Part shown: positions 26,231 to 34,795 of the stretch, piece after piece | Position numbering within the stretch: position 1 is the stretch's first letter | How the letters are laid out: each line of letters opens with the position of its first letter | Origin: Candidatus Caldarchaeum sp. | GTDB taxonomy: Archaea; Thermoproteota; Nitrososphaeria_A; Caldarchaeales; Caldarchaeaceae | DNA: 64,000 nt | Direction of reading: 5' to 3' | Assembly: GCA_038885755.1 (NCBI GenBank) | Contig: JAVZZH010000001.1 | Location: 224,001-288,000, forward strand | Translations under genes and position numbers: made by a program | The notes under the pieces: model-generated | What the model was told of the DNA's origin: nothing | Databases searched by the model: none | Seen by the model: only the letters and a program-made list of their open reading frames with translations

Positions 26231-26518
26231 ATGGCTGAGGAGGATGCCAAGGCCGAGATCATGGAAAAGGTTGAGAAGCTCTACTCGGCTGTGAACCGGA
26301 TAAGGTTTTACCGTGAGGTCGCGATGGATGATAAAATCAGCGAACTCCTGACGGAGGCTGAGAAGCTGCGGACTGAGATGAGGCTTTCAGAGCAGGAGGT
26401 TGAGAAGCTGGCGGATGATTTGGACGAGTTCTACATATCCGGCTCCTCGTCCTACGGGGAGCTGGACCCTCTCAGCCACTGGGTCAACGTTGTTTACGGC
26501 AGGCTGTCTAAGCCCTAG
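26231..26518 (+). CDS. hypothetical acidic helical protein
   Basis: ORF from ATG 26231; TATA-like TTTTTAT upstream. Confidence 0.65.
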   Translation: MAEEDAKAEIMEKVEKLYSAVNRIRFYREVAMDDKISELLTEAEKLRTEMRLSEQEVEKLADDLDEFYISGSSSYGELDPLSHWVNVVYGRLSKP

Positions 26519-27629
26519 AGAATATGCGTATCACTTTGTCGTCTCCGGCTCTTGGAACTCCTCTACCGTCTCTGTTGCTCGTCAACACATACAAAGCTCC
26601 ATCCGGGCCCTCGACGACGTCTCTCAGTCTTCCAAAAGAGTCGGTGAAGAGCTTCTCGTGGCCTACGACGGCTGTCCCGTCTTCGTTCAGAACAACTCTG
26701 TGGAGATGGGATCCTCTCAGGGCTGCGAACAGCAGCGAGCCTCGTAGGCTTGCGATGTCCCCCTGCTTGTAGACGCAGCATCCGGAAGGAGCCCATGTCT
26801 CCGAGCCGCTGTGGATCAGAGGCTTGATGATTCCTTGAACGGCTTCGTCTCCGATTGCCGCTGGCCAGCCGTAGTTTCCGCCTGAAACTATCAAGTTAAC
26901 CTCGTCGTGGGCGTATCTGAGACCCTCGCCGGATGGCCCGTGGTCTGTTGCGTACATGCGTCCATCACGCCAAGCTATTCCCTGCGAGTTTCGTAGGCCG
27001 AGGGCGTAGACCGGCGAGTTGAACGGGTTGTCGCCGGGCGTTTCTCCCTCTGGGGTGACCCTTAGGATTTTACCTCCAAGGGAGTTGATGTTCTGCGACT
27101 CGGCCGGCACCCCTCCCTCGCCCGTAGCTATGTAAAGCATGCCGTCGGGCCCGACCTTGACCCTTCCGCCGTTGTGCACAGCCCCTCCCGTGATTCCCGA
27201 GACCACATCGACTACGTCGTCCAGCCCGCCGTCGTAGAGGGCTTTGACGACCTTGTTCATCAACCGGCCGCCAGCCCTGTACGTGTGGTAGAGGAACACC
27301 ACGGTCTTCCCTCCGGCTCTCATACTCTCGACACCCAACAGACCTCCCTCGCCTACAGCAGCAACCTCGATGAAACCCACCTCCTCAACCTTTCGGCTGC
27401 CGAGGGTGAGCAGCTTCACCGAGCCCTGTCTCTCGGTGATGAGCGCCTCGTCGTCGCTGATGAACGAGACCGACCAAGGTATCCTCAGGCCTTCTGCGAC
27501 AGGCTCGGCGGACAGGGAAACATCCACGTCCATGCTCGTCCTAGGTGTTGCGAGAACAAGCCCGGCTGCAGCCGCCAGCCCAGCAGCAGCTCCTCCCAGC
27601 AGGAACCGTCTTCGAGTGAGCGGCGCCAA
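26508..27629 (-). CDS. PQQ-dependent aldose sugar dehydrogenase (GSDH family), Tat-exported
   Basis: TRRRFL Tat motif; GEGGLLG, HNGGR, GLRNSQG, GNYGWP and GRLRDV motifs. Confidence 0.93.
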   Translation of the reverse strand: MAPLTRRRFLLGGAAAGLAAAAGLVLATPRTSMDVDVSLSAEPVAEGLRIPWSVSFISDDEALITERQGSVKLLTLGSRKVEEVGFIEVAAVGEGGLLGVESMRAGGKTVVFLYHTYRAGGRLMNKVVKALYDGGLDDVVDVVSGITGGAVHNGGRVKVGPDGMLYIATGEGGVPAESQNINSLGGKILRVTPEGETPGDNPFNSPVYALGLRNSQGIAWRDGRMYATDHGPSGEGLRYAHDEVNLIVSGGNYGWPAAIGDEAVQGIIKPLIHSGSETWAPSGCCVYKQGDIASLRGSLLFAALRGSHLHRVVLNEDGTAVVGHEKLFTDSFGRLRDVVEGPDGALYVLTSNRDGRGVPRAGDDKVIRIFSRA

Positions 27630-27716
27630 CCCGGGTGTCCGTCGGAGTGTTGGTAAATAAGCATATGCATAAATTCCGCTGAGAGATTCAAGCTGTGGCC
27701 GTGAGGTTGTTGATGC

Positions 27717-28073
27717 TTGCGTAGAGTCATAACCTTCAAGCCTGAGATGCTCGACCTTGTGGTCAAGGGGCTGAAGACTTCCACGGTAAGGCCTGTGAAC
27801 GGGTCGGTCTACAGCGACGACCTAGTTCTCACCGACGGTGTGAGAAGAGTTTACGCCAAGCTGTTGAGCGTGAGGAGGTTGAGGCTGGCGGAGGCAGCGA
27901 ACCACTACGTCATGGAAGGCTTCAGCTCCCCAGACGAGTTCATCGAAAACATTCGCCGAATCTACCCAAGCCTAGGCCCGAACGACGAAGTAAACCTGAT
28001 AGAGTTCAAGCTCCAGCCCACAGACGCCTCAGCAACGATTCCTCACCCAAACCTTCAGAGGACTCGAACATGA
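27717..28073 (+). CDS. ASCH/PUA-like domain protein
   Basis: F...LV.KG.KTSTVR...EGF.S..EF...I..IYP pattern. Confidence 0.8.
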   Translation: MRRVITFKPEMLDLVVKGLKTSTVRPVNGSVYSDDLVLTDGVRRVYAKLLSVRRLRLAEAANHYVMEGFSSPDEFIENIRRIYPSLGPNDEVNLIEFKLQPTDASATIPHPNLQRTRT

Positions 28074-28302
28074 ACGCCACAACCCTGCCGGGCTCCGGCC
28101 TCGAGGCGGAGACCGCCATGTCGAGGCATGCCGTGAAACGCTTGTCGACAGGATGTCCAACGACTCCGACGAAAACATAGCCCTTAGGCAGGCGCGTATC
28201 CCATGCCGCCTCACCCATGTCTTATAGTCTATGGCTCCGAGGGCTTCTGCGGCAGGCTTCCAGACAAGCTGCTCCATCCTCAAAGCCGGTTTTCCAGAAG
28301 CT

Positions 28303-29322
28303 CTATTGATGTGTTTGTTGAACTGTTTTCCAAAGATGTTTTAAAGAATGGATGTTTTTATACTGCATGGTTTGTAGAAGTTCTTTAAGCATGTCCCTGA
28401 CCGCTGTAGCACCCCTATAGGCGAGCGCTGTGTAGATTTGAACGGTGTTCGCACCATTCATCAATGTATTGAGCACGTCTTCGCCGGTGAAGATTCCCCC
28501 TACAGCGTGAATTTCAAAATCCTCGCCGTACATGCTTCTAACTTCTTTGACGCATTTTATCATGCGCGGGTATAGCGGCCTGCCGCTTAAACCACCTCTA
28601 CGGGCCGAGACTCTAGGCTCTTCAACAAGCAACGCGTTGACGGCTGTGACGCCTTCGAACCCTGTGTCATGCCAGGTGTTGACGATCTTGTAAATAAGGT
28701 CCCGCTCCTCGCTGTTCGTGTACGGCGGTATCTTTAGATAGGTTGGTCTCCGCTTATGCTGGTGCAGGGCTTCAGCGACCTGCTTGAATTTCTCCAGCTG
28801 AAAATAGTGGCGTAGCTGAGGCGTGTTGGGTGAGCTTATGTTGACCTCGACACCGGAAGCGAAGGGCTGAACCTCCCTGTAGCATTCTAGAAGGTTTTCC
28901 ACGTCTTCATCGCTTACGCTCACCAATACAGGTATGCCAGAGTTTCCTGACATGGCGAGGTTTTGAACAAACTTTTTCAGCCCGGGGTTTGGAAAACCCA
29001 TCGCGTTAACAAGGCTTTCTTCGCTTCTCCGCCGGACTATACGGGGTTTTTTCATACCTTTCCGTAGGTTCTTGGTGACGGTGCCGACTACAAGGTATCC
29101 GAACCCAAGCTTCTCCAGATGTTTAACGCATTCGCCTGCTTTGTCGAAGCCAGCCGCCAGACCTATGGGGTTTTTTAAACGACCGAACCACGTATCCACG
29201 TAAAGCCTCTCGTCTCCGAAACCTATGTTATACGGCATCAGCCTAAGAAGTTTCATCCCAAGGTCGTGGGCTGCCTCCGCAGGCAGCCTCGCCAACAACG
29301 TCTGAACAAGCTTCAGCATCAT
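28303..29322 (-). CDS. pyrD: dihydroorotate dehydrogenase (quinone-type, class 2)
   Basis: E.AH, NPIGLAAGFDK, NAMGFPN, NISSPNT, GGLSG, VGGI and VQIYTAL motifs. Confidence 0.93.
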   Translation of the reverse strand: MMLKLVQTLLARLPAEAAHDLGMKLLRLMPYNIGFGDERLYVDTWFGRLKNPIGLAAGFDKAGECVKHLEKLGFGYLVVGTVTKNLRKGMKKPRIVRRRSEESLVNAMGFPNPGLKKFVQNLAMSGNSGIPVLVSVSDEDVENLLECYREVQPFASGVEVNISSPNTPQLRHYFQLEKFKQVAEALHQHKRRPTYLKIPPYTNSEERDLIYKIVNTWHDTGFEGVTAVNALLVEEPRVSARRGGLSGRPLYPRMIKCVKEVRSMYGEDFEIHAVGGIFTGEDVLNTLMNGANTVQIYTALAYRGATAVRDMLKELLQTMQYKNIHSLKHLWKTVQQTHQ

Positions 29323-29765
29323 GTCTTCTTACTGCCAAGCCACGGCGATAACATAAATGTTGTCCCGTGGTTGTAGGATTTTTACGGCGGCCTCTTCAGC
29401 CCTTACGAGAAGCAGGGTTTCATGAGGCTTGTTGGTGCTGTGGACGACGCAGTCGGCTTAGACTGCTCCGATGATGCCGGCGTGATGGCCAAGTTCGTCG
29501 CCTTCGACGTCGAGAAAAGCATAGGAGCTTCCGCAGATATCTGCAAGAAGACACACTCCAGCAACAACAGTCAACAAATTGGCTGGATACCTCCGGTAGG
29601 TTTTGGGAACAGCCACACTGGCGAGGCGAACACATCAACGACGCGCACGTCCTACTTCATCGACGCCTGTAGCCTCCATTTCGAACCCTATTTTAGTTAA
29701 GGAGCAGATGAACAGCAGCATGCTACGGCTCAGCTGTAAGGACGCCTAAGAGACAGGAGACGATG

Positions 29766-29840
29766 CGGGCCCGGCGGGATTTGAACCCGCGGCCCCCGGG
29801 TTAAAAGCCCGGTGCTCTGTCCTGACTGAGCTACGGGCCC
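29766..29840 (-). tRNA. tRNA-Lys(UUU)
   Basis: GGGCCCGTAGCTCAG...CCGGG-CTTTTAA-CCCGG...GGTTCAAATCCCGCCGGGCCCG; cloverleaf, CCA not encoded. Confidence 0.95.
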
Positions 29841-29886
29841 TTCTTCGGAGCTAAACACAGTGCTTAAATCTCTCCACCGTCCTTCA

Positions 29887-29906
29887 TTGATGATTCCGCG
29901 GCGAAC
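29887..29906 (+). repeat. degenerate direct repeat, copy 1 (TTGATGATTCCGCGGCGAAC)
   Basis: 17/20 identical to 34605-34624; the two copies bracket the four-gene cassette. Confidence 0.45.
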
Positions 29907-30419
29907 GGGGCTGGATGTTTCACAACTCGAGGATTGAACTCGGAGATATTTAGAGTTAGTCCTCAGGTTCTCGAAAGGAGGCAGCGACGCACGCGTCTGT
30001 GCGATGAAAAATTCCAAGGTTTGACGATGTTGCGCCGTAGGCGATGAAGCCGGATTACACGACGCGTTTTCTTGAGCTGTAAGGACGGTGAGCCATTTAT
30101 TTGTTGTATCGTCGACACCCAAGTCGGCTTAGGTTCCGTCCATCACTACGCCGTGGCCGTCGAAACCTAGGAAGACCAGAAAACCATCATACGCTAACTC
30201 TGTTCCGCCTCCGAGACGAAGATGAGGATTTAGCGGAGGTTGCTACAGCTGGCCCGCGCTAAGTCGACGAGCCGCGTGAAACCACGATACGCAAGCTTAC
30301 TCTTCAGCTCTGCTCGAAGCCATGCAAACTATCATCGAGCAAAAGCCCGCTTAGCGCGTCATGGAGAACATCGTGGGCACGCCGTAGGCTTATTCTTCGT
30401 TCGATGAGCCTCCCGAGCT

Positions 30420-32045
30420 CTAGAACCGTGGAGGAGGAGGCGGAGGAGGTGGATACCTTGGCCCAGCTCTTCTCCTCGTGATGATTAGGGCGAACGCTGC
30501 GAGCAACGCTCCAAGCACGATTGCCAAGCTTACGTAATCCTCGCCGGATGTTTCCGGAGGAGGTGGTTTCACAGTAACCGTGACAACGATGGTCTGCGTT
30601 TCCCTGCCGAAAACCGTCTGAGTCGTGTAAACCGTTTGAGCAACCGTGCCGGTGACGGTTCTCGTGACCGTCCTAGTGACTTCAACCGTCTCTTTTTCTT
30701 CGACGGGCGGCTCTTCACCGAGGCCGATGGATAAAACGACCGTTCCAGCGGATTGGTCGAAACTCATCACCTTGATGACGAACCCCTCATCTGTCGCGTA
30801 TTCGCTGTTTTCGAAGTTTAGTTCCAAGGGATTGGGTAAAGCTCTGAGGCTGTGTATCCAGTTTGTCCGGTAGCTAGGCTCGATTATTGGTGCGTCAACC
30901 CCTTCGCACAACCTAACCACCCTAGATTCAAGGCGCTCGCAGATAGCTGGTGTGTCGGGATTGGCTTCAATCAGTCTGATAAAATATTTTTCGTCGACTA
31001 TGTTCCTGTCAACGTATTCGTTGACGCGGAAGACGAGAACACCGGGGCCGGGAAGAGCTGCGTCGTTTTTCACAGGCCTTCGGGCATGGATAAAGTAGTA
31101 TTCTTTATCGTTGATGCGGATAATGAGAGCATGCGGTTCATCCGGTCTATCAAGCGTGTGTATCAAATATTCTCCTGTCTTCTCCACCTCGACCGCCTCT
31201 ATCCATCCGAGGATGTATTTTGACCAGCCGTCGATGTCGACTGGCGGGTCGAGGAACGCACCGTAATCCATGTTTGTCCACACTCCTACTTCACTGCCCG
31301 CGCTGTATCCGTCTTTGTCGTAAACGTAGTGGTCGGATATCCACATGCTGTGCGTGAATTCATGCGCCAAAACCGCTGGAAAATCATCCTCGGCTACAGT
31401 CAGTATCCCCGCCAACAAATTCCCTTTTCCATCCCTACCCCTATGCATGAAAAGGTCTACGGCCCAGTCGAGTCCCTGTCTACGAAGCGCTTGCTCCAAT
31501 TCATCGAACCCATATTGTTCAATTAGGTCGTAGAGAACCCTCGGAACAACGCAGTGACAATGGCTCCAGACGTCGTTCGCTGACCCGCTGATAGCTTCGT
31601 CTCTCCCCGCATGTATCACTATGACGTGCTTAAACTTCGATACGTCGACACGTTCTCTTTCCTTGACTGTCTTTATCACGGTCAAGTGGTATTCCAGAAT
31701 TCTTTGATTGTCGTCTCCTCTCTGCGCTCCACTACTCGGACCGCCGTAGTAGCTCATGGTTTTAGGCAACGTGATGACTTTAGGATGAATATAGTAGTCG
31801 AGCCACGTCTTACCGTATGACGATGAGCGGACGAAGTCGTCGACGACTTTAACTATCTGCTCCGCTTGAGTCCTGCCTATCCGCATTTTGACGTCGCTAA
31901 AATCTACTAGGACGACAAGAGTCGGCTGTGCACCGAGGAAAGCTACCGGTTTATGCCACCTTCTCTCTTGTTGTTGAGACACTCCGGCTGGAATCAAGAC
32001 ACCGAGCAGAAGCAATCCTAAAACGAGGAGAACAATTTTACGCAA
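30420..32045 (-). CDS. M6 (immune inhibitor A-like) metalloprotease, membrane anchored
   Basis: Signal peptide, LVDFSD, SSYGK, IHAG, WSH, HEFTHSMWISD zinc motif, Met-turn WTNM, Thr-rich stalk, C-terminal TM and poly-Pro tail. TTG 32045 overlaps the upstream stop. Confidence 0.88.
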   Translation of the reverse strand: MRKIVLLVLGLLLLGVLIPAGVSQQQERRWHKPVAFLGAQPTLVVLVDFSDVKMRIGRTQAEQIVKVVDDFVRSSSYGKTWLDYYIHPKVITLPKTMSYYGGPSSGAQRGDDNQRILEYHLTVIKTVKERERVDVSKFKHVIVIHAGRDEAISGSANDVWSHCHCVVPRVLYDLIEQYGFDELEQALRRQGLDWAVDLFMHRGRDGKGNLLAGILTVAEDDFPAVLAHEFTHSMWISDHYVYDKDGYSAGSEVGVWTNMDYGAFLDPPVDIDGWSKYILGWIEAVEVEKTGEYLIHTLDRPDEPHALIIRINDKEYYFIHARRPVKNDAALPGPGVLVFRVNEYVDRNIVDEKYFIRLIEANPDTPAICERLESRVVRLCEGVDAPIIEPSYRTNWIHSLRALPNPLELNFENSEYATDEGFVIKVMSFDQSAGTVVLSIGLGEEPPVEEKETVEVTRTVTRTVTGTVAQTVYTTQTVFGRETQTIVVTVTVKPPPPETSGEDYVSLAIVLGALLAAFALIITRRRAGPRYPPPPPPPPRF

Positions 32046-33039
32046 ACCTGTATCCACACCTCCTGCATGCAAAGTCTCCAGCATAGACGGGGAATCTACA
32101 GGCGGGGCAGTATCCCACGATTGACGGCGGCGGGGGTGGGGGCTGCTGATAGGTCGATGAGGGCGGCGCATACACTGGATACGGATAGGTTGGCGGTAGA
32201 GGTCTTTTCCTAGCCCGCGTAAAGAATAGGGTTGCTCCGATTATTCCCGCCGATACACCGACGGCTACGGGTAGCGGAAAGACCGCTGAACTAGGTGGTT
32301 GAACTTCTGCTTGAACGGTCGCGGTCGTGGAGACCGTTGTAGTGGCTACGATGGTTTCTACGCGTGTTTCTACTCTTGTCAAAGTTTCTATCGCCGTTTC
32401 GGTTACCGTCTCCGTCCTTTCCTGCACCACCGTGGTTCTAGTTGTGGCAACGGCTGTTGTCCTCCGCGTGGTCACCGGCGTCGTGTAAGTCGACGTCGAC
32501 GCCACGGCCCCGCTCTGCTCGATGTTCACTAGCTGCAGGCCTTTTTTCTGGCCGAATATCACGCCGAGAAGCAGGCCTTTCAACCGGCTGAAAGGCTCTG
32601 GCCCGTCTTCGATAAACATCCAGAAAGTCGACTGGTCTGTCGAAGCAACGATCGTGAGCTTAATGCCTTGCATCTCAAGTCCTTTCTGAGCGACTACGAC
32701 ATCTACTCCACCGAACTTGAAACGCGTTCCGGGGCTTAGGTCGAGTGGAATCCATAAATCAATCCTCACTCCCGGCTGAATTTCTCCGTTGGGCTTGACG
32801 TTTAAGCTGGTCGGCCTCATGACATCCGATTGGATGGCGACGGTGATGGCCTGAGGTGAGACGGATTCGATTATGTATCTGTGGAAAAGGTTCTCAAGCT
32901 GCTGTTTCTGCAAGTCGACGACTTGATATACAAAAACGAATCCACGCTGAATGTATGGAGGCGGCTGCTGCGAGTATACGGGAGCAACCAAGGCCAAAGC
33001 AATTATGGAAACGGTTAACAAAGAAAGTAGTGAGCGCAT
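32038..33039 (-). CDS. single-pass surface protein with Thr-rich stalk and cytoplasmic Pro-rich/Zn-ribbon tail
   Basis: Signal peptide MRSLLSLL..., T-rich region, TM, PPTYPYPVY...PPPPPP, CPAC-x10-CRRCG. Confidence 0.8.
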   Translation of the reverse strand: MRSLLSLLTVSIIALALVAPVYSQQPPPYIQRGFVFVYQVVDLQKQQLENLFHRYIIESVSPQAITVAIQSDVMRPTSLNVKPNGEIQPGVRIDLWIPLDLSPGTRFKFGGVDVVVAQKGLEMQGIKLTIVASTDQSTFWMFIEDGPEPFSRLKGLLLGVIFGQKKGLQLVNIEQSGAVASTSTYTTPVTTRRTTAVATTRTTVVQERTETVTETAIETLTRVETRVETIVATTTVSTTATVQAEVQPPSSAVFPLPVAVGVSAGIIGATLFFTRARKRPLPPTYPYPVYAPPSSTYQQPPPPPPSIVGYCPACRFPVYAGDFACRRCGYRFA

Positions 33040-33046
33040 CTTCGCA

Positions 33047-33925
33047 TCACGCTGTTTTCTCGACGGGTGCTTTGCCAGCCGCGTAGCCCCAGGCAACTTC
33101 GTCCTGCAGTGCCCATAAAACCCTCTGCACCAAAGCTGCGAGGAACAGAACGGTCAACAACCCTGTTCCAACTAGCCGGATAAACAAAGGCTGGCCCCCG
33201 AGCAGAGCAATCACAAACGCTGCGATGGCCTTGAATAGAGCCACCGGAATAAAGCCGGTAAGCAGGTCGCCGAAGCCTACCGATGTGTACTTAGCTTTGA
33301 CGTATCCAATCCACCATCCCGTGAACGCCGGAAACATCACGTATATGAATTCCTCCAAAGCCAGCGTCAGCAAAAATTCAGGCCGAAGCGGAACGTATCC
33401 CCCGAGCAGGTAGAAGTTGTTGTAGAGAACGTATCCGAGGCCCAGAGAAACACCGTATACGGCTCCGTCGAGGTGGTCGTTGAATTCCCTGCCGGTGAAC
33501 CTGTTGGCGTCCAGAAGATAGAGGATGAGGAAGAAGATGAATTCGAGGAGGATGAGTTTGGCGACGTAGGAGGTTAATCCCGCTGGGAACGGGAGGAGGT
33601 TGAAAAGGGCTGCGACCACGACGCCGACGCCTATCACAGCTACAACAAGTGTCTTCGGCTCCGGCTCATACCTGTCTGTCCGAACCAGCCAAGCCAAAAG
33701 CAGCGCTATCGGCAGCACTGAAAGCCCGACGTAAACCATTATTCCACGGATTTCAGCGACGAGCAGCCCTGCAGCCAAAACGGCGATTACGGCGAATACA
33801 CCGACAACCCAGAGCCTACTGCCGGAATAAACAATCATACCTCTCTGATAAATCTCTGAAGTAGGAGACTTGATAGGAGTCCGCTTGAACCATGTGGCGA
33901 ACGCTTCCCGCCACAGTGAGGACAT
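33047..33925 (-). CDS. PrsW-family membrane protein with degenerate catalytic motifs
   Basis: DRYEPEP and EFND.LDG.VYG..LGLG family motifs, multiple TM; EExxK, FxxxEN and His motifs substituted. Confidence 0.75.
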   Translation of the reverse strand: MSSLWREAFATWFKRTPIKSPTSEIYQRGMIVYSGSRLWVVGVFAVIAVLAAGLLVAEIRGIMVYVGLSVLPIALLLAWLVRTDRYEPEPKTLVVAVIGVGVVVAALFNLLPFPAGLTSYVAKLILLEFIFFLILYLLDANRFTGREFNDHLDGAVYGVSLGLGYVLYNNFYLLGGYVPLRPEFLLTLALEEFIYVMFPAFTGWWIGYVKAKYTSVGFGDLLTGFIPVALFKAIAAFVIALLGGQPLFIRLVGTGLLTVLFLAALVQRVLWALQDEVAWGYAAGKAPVEKTA

Positions 33926-33929
33926 CTCA

Positions 33930-34475
33930 CTACACCGCAGGCAGCATCAAAGCCACGTAAATTACGGCGCCGAGAAACACGAAGTATCCGAATAAGTAAA
34001 CGCCCACGGCCAAAGGCTCTTTATCAACGTCGTCGAGGTCAAGGCCGAACGGCTCTATCTTAGCCAATATCCTGTAGTAGATGATTGCGAAGACGTAGGA
34101 AAGCAGGACAGCGGCGAAAAGTGTTATGAGTTTGTAGGCTATGAGCACGGCTGGGTTGACGTTGAGAGTCGCGACGCCTGTTTCAAGCCCGATGGGTAGG
34201 GGGGAGGCCATCGACGCGACGAAACCCATCGAAAGATAGACGAAGAAACCAGCCGCAAACACGCCCGTAGCCAAAGAATTACCCCTTATGACCTGAATTT
34301 CACGAATACCCGGAGTAATCAAGTCAACAACACGAACAGAGACCAACCCGATCAAAAACACGACGACGAAAGTCAAGAAAGTACGGATCAAAACCCAGCC
34401 AAGCCCCGTCAGGAAAACAACGGGGTCAGCCCAAGTAGGCGGAAGAGGAGGCTCGACCTGCATCAGGGAGAGCAT
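33930..34475 (-). CDS. membrane protein with tandem DUF350-like repeats
   Basis: Two repeats: D.ITPGI.EI..I.GNSLA.GV and EPFGLDL..V.KEPLAVGV; 4 TM. Confidence 0.7.
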   Translation of the reverse strand: MLSLMQVEPPLPPTWADPVVFLTGLGWVLIRTFLTFVVVFLIGLVSVRVVDLITPGIREIQVIRGNSLATGVFAAGFFVYLSMGFVASMASPLPIGLETGVATLNVNPAVLIAYKLITLFAAVLLSYVFAIIYYRILAKIEPFGLDLDDVDKEPLAVGVYLFGYFVFLGAVIYVALMLPAV

Positions 34476-34604
34476 ACATCCCTGTTTTCGAAACCCGGTA
34501 TAAATACGTTTTTCCGTCCAATTTAGGGTCCACCATAAATCTCACGTCATAGACGCTTACTCCCACGCGGGGCGTGTTAATGCGTCAACCGGCTGTATGA
34601 GGTT

Positions 34605-34624
34605 TTGATGATCACGCGGAGAAC
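34605..34624 (+). repeat. degenerate direct repeat, copy 2 (TTGATGATCACGCGGAGAAC)
   Basis: 17/20 identical to 29887-29906. Confidence 0.45.
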
Positions 34625-34795
34625 CGAGAACATCTTGAATAGTTTCAAACACGCCGGTCTTTGCATAGTCTAGGACTCGTCGCTGCGTTATCATTCGACA
34701 GCACCCCCGAAAGATGGGGGAGGTTTTCATATCCTGTAGGGCCGTGCAGAACCGGCGTTGAGAGGAGATCGCTGCAAGCTCCTATGGAGTAGGTG

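Noticed and set aside
29422-29700. 92-aa ORF as a real gene or amidohydrolase/PfkB remnant
   Set aside because: Only vague motif resemblance (LVGAV.D, A.FVAFD); no supportable family assignment.
29730-30122. 130-aa minus-strand ORF
   Set aside because: Runs through tRNA-Lys; spurious.
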